Positions 60,349 to 64,000 of a stretch of DNA of 64,000 nt are shown piece after piece (within the stretch, counting starts at the first letter, position 1; every line of letters starts with the position of its first letter). The stretch spans positions 2,916,001 to 2,980,000 of the forward strand of contig JASTWF010000033.1 of the NCBI GenBank assembly GCA_030390025.1. The letters are read 5' to 3'. Origin of the DNA: Squalus acanthias (Eukaryota). The position numbers and the translations under genes were made by a program. The notes under the pieces were generated by a model. That model did no database searches. It was given only the letters and a program-made list of their open reading frames with translations, and was not told where the DNA came from.

Positions 60349-63300
60349 ACAGAACCTTGCCAGAATCTGACAAAAGGTAATCAAGCCGAAACATTAACTC
60401 TGTTTCTCTCTCTTTCCACCAATGCTGCCTTACCTGCTGAGTATTTCCAGCATTTTCTCTTTTGATTTCAGATTACCTACATCCACAGCATTTGGTTTTG
60501 ATGCAGAATAGAAAGCCTGTTGCTGTCGGCCTCAAACTGAAAAGATAAAATACTGAAAACTGTCTGTTTGCTTTTAAAGTGCCAAACATAGCAGAACAAT
60601 AATAGAAATCAACTTTCTTTCATTGCTGACAGTAATTTGTGACGATTTTGCAGGCTGGCTGTGTGAGAGAGAGAGACAGAGCAAAATCTGGTGTGTATGC
60701 AGGGCTTGTCTGTGTTCAAGTTATCTGACGTGTTCATTGATAATGCATCTCATGTCTGAAAAAAACAAAGTTTACTCCATTTTATCATATTGATTTAATT
60801 CCAGACTGCACTGTTGTGGGATCTTACTTTGCCTTTCTTTCAAGAATTTTGTAAAAAGCAAATCTACATATTTACATCAAGCCATTTGATATTTTTCTGG
60901 ACTGGGCTTTATTGGGGAATGTTTGTGGAGTGTTTCATGGCACATCCTGCTGGGGGATCTTGCTCTCCCCTTCATCCCAACTCAAACAAGACAAGACATT
61001 TAAAAAAAAAAGTATATATTATACTTTTTAAATTATTTTCAGAATAATCCATTTGATTTTTTTCTGGACTGGGTTTATCGGGGAATGTGCTTGGGAATTT
61101 TTCTGAGCAAAACTTGCTGTGCGATCTTTCCATTCATTTTATTACACTCCAGGCAAACCACAGACAGGCAGACATTTAGTGAACAGAAGTAAAGTATATA
61201 TATTATTATTTATTCCTGACTGTATTTACTTCTTTTCACCCTCCCAGGCCTTCATTTCCTCTCGGGGGCACGGATTTCTTGGGTCTCGGTTTCACTTCTT
61301 CCTGTTCGATTGCCCTCATCAAACATGGTAGCACAACCAGGAAGGGACATCATCAAAAATTGACACTCCCAGGCTCCGAATTTTTCAAAATAATTGTGTG
61401 ATTGTGTGTGAGTTTCTGCAAATTGCAGAGTCTGTGAGTGTGTATGTATGTGCGTGGGTATCTGTGTGTCTGCCAATTGCAGAGTCTGTGTGAGCGTGTT
61501 AATGTAAATTTTAGTTCAATGTGGTTGGGAGGGAGACTGTGAGAGTGGCAGACAGACAGTCAGTGAGAGAGAGAGAGACATGAAATCAAAAGGCAAGTAG
61601 CAGAATAGAAAGCCTGTTTCTGTAGGCCACAAATTGAAAAGATAAGATACTGAAAAGTGTCTTTTTGGTTTTAATCTTCCAACACGGCAGTCATCCCTCT
61701 GCAGGCTGTCCAGGCTGAGTGTGTGTGAGAGAGAGAGAGAGGTCAAAAGCTGGTGTTTGTGTGAGATGTGGTCTGCTGTCTTATTACCTGGTGTTGTTGT
61801 ATTAAACCCTGTTGATTTCATTCTGGCATGGTCCACATGTAATGCTGTTATGTATCACTTTATTGCACTTTATTTAATTTCACTTCACTTCAAGTCGGAC
61901 AGTCAGTGAGATGCCGAAAAATGTCTTTGTGGACTATCTGACAATAAAAGCTGCCCTGGGATCTTTGCATTCTTTTTATTCCACTCTACTCAAATCAAGA
62001 CAAGGCTGGCAGGCAGTGAGAGAGACATGAAATCAAGACAACATGCAGAATCGAAATAAAAAAAGAAAATGCTGGAAATACTCCGTAGGTTAGGCAGCAT
62101 CAGTGGAGATACAGAGAAACAGAGTAAATGTTTCAGCTCGATGACCTTTCGTCAGAACCTTCCCAGAAACTGACAAAAGGTAATCGAGCTGAAACATTAA
62201 CTCTGTTTCTCTCTCTCTCCACAGATGCTGCCTTACCTGCTGAGTATTTCCAGCATTTTCTGTTTTCATTTCAGATTTCCCACATCCAATGGATTTGCTT
62301 TTGATGAAGAATAGAAAGCCTGTTTCGGTAGGCCGCAAAATGTAAAAATTAAATACTGAAAACTGTCTGTTTGCTTTTAAACTGCCAAACATAGCAGACT
62401 GTGATTTGTTGCAATTTTGCAGGCTGGCTGTGTGTGTGTGTGTGTGTGACAGAGAGAGAGACAGACAGCAAAAGCTGGTGTGTATGCAGGGCTTGTCTGT
62501 GTTCAAGTTATCTGCTGTGTGCATTGGTACTGCATCTCATGTCTGAAAGAAACAGAAAGTTTACTCCATTTGATCATATTGATTTAATTCCAGACTGCAC
62601 TGTTGTGGTATCTTACTTTGCCTTTTTTCAAGTATTTTGTAAAAAAGCAATTCTACATATATACATCAAGCCATGTGATATTTTTCTGGACTGGACTTTA
62701 TAGGGGAATGTTTGTGGAGTGTTTCATGGCACATCCTGCTGTGGGATCTTACTCTCCCCTTCAGAACAACCCAAACAAGACAAGACATTTGTTATAGCAA
62801 AAGTATATATTATATTTTTTGATTGTTTTCAAATAATCCATTTGATTTTTTTCTGGACTTGTCTTTATTGGGGAATGTGCTTGGGATGTTTTCAGGGCAA
62901 AAGCTGCTGTGGGATCTTTCCATTAATTGTATTACACTCCAAGCAAACCACAGACAGGCAGACATTTAATTAACAGAAGTAAAGTATATATTTTATTTAA
63001 TCCTGATTGTATTTACTTCTTTTCACCCTCCCGGGCTTTCATTTCCTCTCGGGGACCCGGATTTCTGGGGCCTCGGCTTCACTTCTTCCTGTTGGATTGT
63101 CCTCATCAAACATGGCCACTCAACCAGGAAGGGTATTCATCAAAAATAGACACTCCAGGCTGTACCCTTTCAAAATACATGTGTGTGTGTGAGTTTTTGC
63201 AAGTTACAGAGTCTGTGTGAGTGTATTTGTATGTAAGTGGGTGTCTGTGTGTCTGCAAATTGCAGAATCTGTGTGTGTCTGTGTGTCATGTCACAGTAAG

Positions 63301-64000
63301 TTTTAGTTCACTCTGGATGGGAGGGAGAGTGTGTGAGTGAGAGACAGACAGACAGATAGCCAGTGAGAGAGCGAGACATGAAATCAAAAGGCAAGATGCA
63401 GAATAGAAAGCCTGTTTCTATAGGCCACAAAGTGAAAAGATAAGATACAGAAAAGTGTATTTTTGGTTTTAATTTTACAACATGGCAGTCATCATTCTGC
63501 AGGCTGGTCAGGCTGTGAGAGTCTCTCTGTGTGTGTTTGTGTGTGACAGAGAGAGAGAGACAGAGAGAGGGCAAAATCTGGTGTTTGTGTGAGATGTGGT
63601 CTGCTGTCTTATTACCTGCTGTTGTTGTATTAAACCCTATTGATTTCATTCTGGCCTGGTCCACATGTAATGCTGTTGTGTATCACTTAATTGCACTTTA
63701 TTTCATTTCACATCGCTTCAAGACAGACAGTCAGTCAGTCAGATACTGAAAAATGTCTATGTGGACTGTCTGACAATAAAAGCTGCTCTGGGCTATTTGC
63801 ATTCTTTTTATTCCACACTACTAAATTCAAGACAAGGCAGACAGGCTGGCTGGCAGTGAGAGACACACATGAAATCAAGACAACATGCAGAATAGAAATA
63901 AAAACAGAAAATGCTGGAAATACTCAGCAGCTCAGGCGGCATCTGTGGAGAGCCAGAATCTGACAAAATGTAATCGAGCTGAAATATTAACTCTGTTCCT
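60349..64000. repeat. ~1.8-kb tandem macrorepeat (two units and the start of a third)
   Basis: 60350-62152 aligns with 62153-63953 (for example TTTACTTCTTTTCACCCTCCC near 61225 and 63012). Each junction holds an inverted PLE pLTR pair. Confidence 0.9.

Overview
Eukaryotic, repeat-saturated vertebrate DNA, very probably from a shark or ray (inferred from the CR1/HER1-type LINE 3' hairpins, the Penelope-like families and the GPR139-like receptor). It is mostly nested transposons: about 20 CR1 LINE pieces (two near full length), Penelope-like elements (PLE) carrying minimal hammerhead-ribozyme motifs, and one L2-like fragment. One PLE insertion is a 2.4-kb near-perfect inverted pair. There is also a young but internally deleted endogenous retrovirus (27187-33106, tRNA-Ser PBS) that seems to hold remnants of two different envelope-type genes, and two long solo-LTR-like inserts. 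Four tandem arrays are present: 18 bp (~2.9 kb), 29 bp (~11 kb, G4/AGCT-rich), 42 bp (derived from the CR1 3' hairpin) and ~1.8 kb. The only clear host coding sequence is the main exon of a class A GPCR (22023-22930). A possible signal-peptide leader exon lies at 53443-53520 (-). Boundaries of degraded repeats are approximate and were read by eye. No database search was run.
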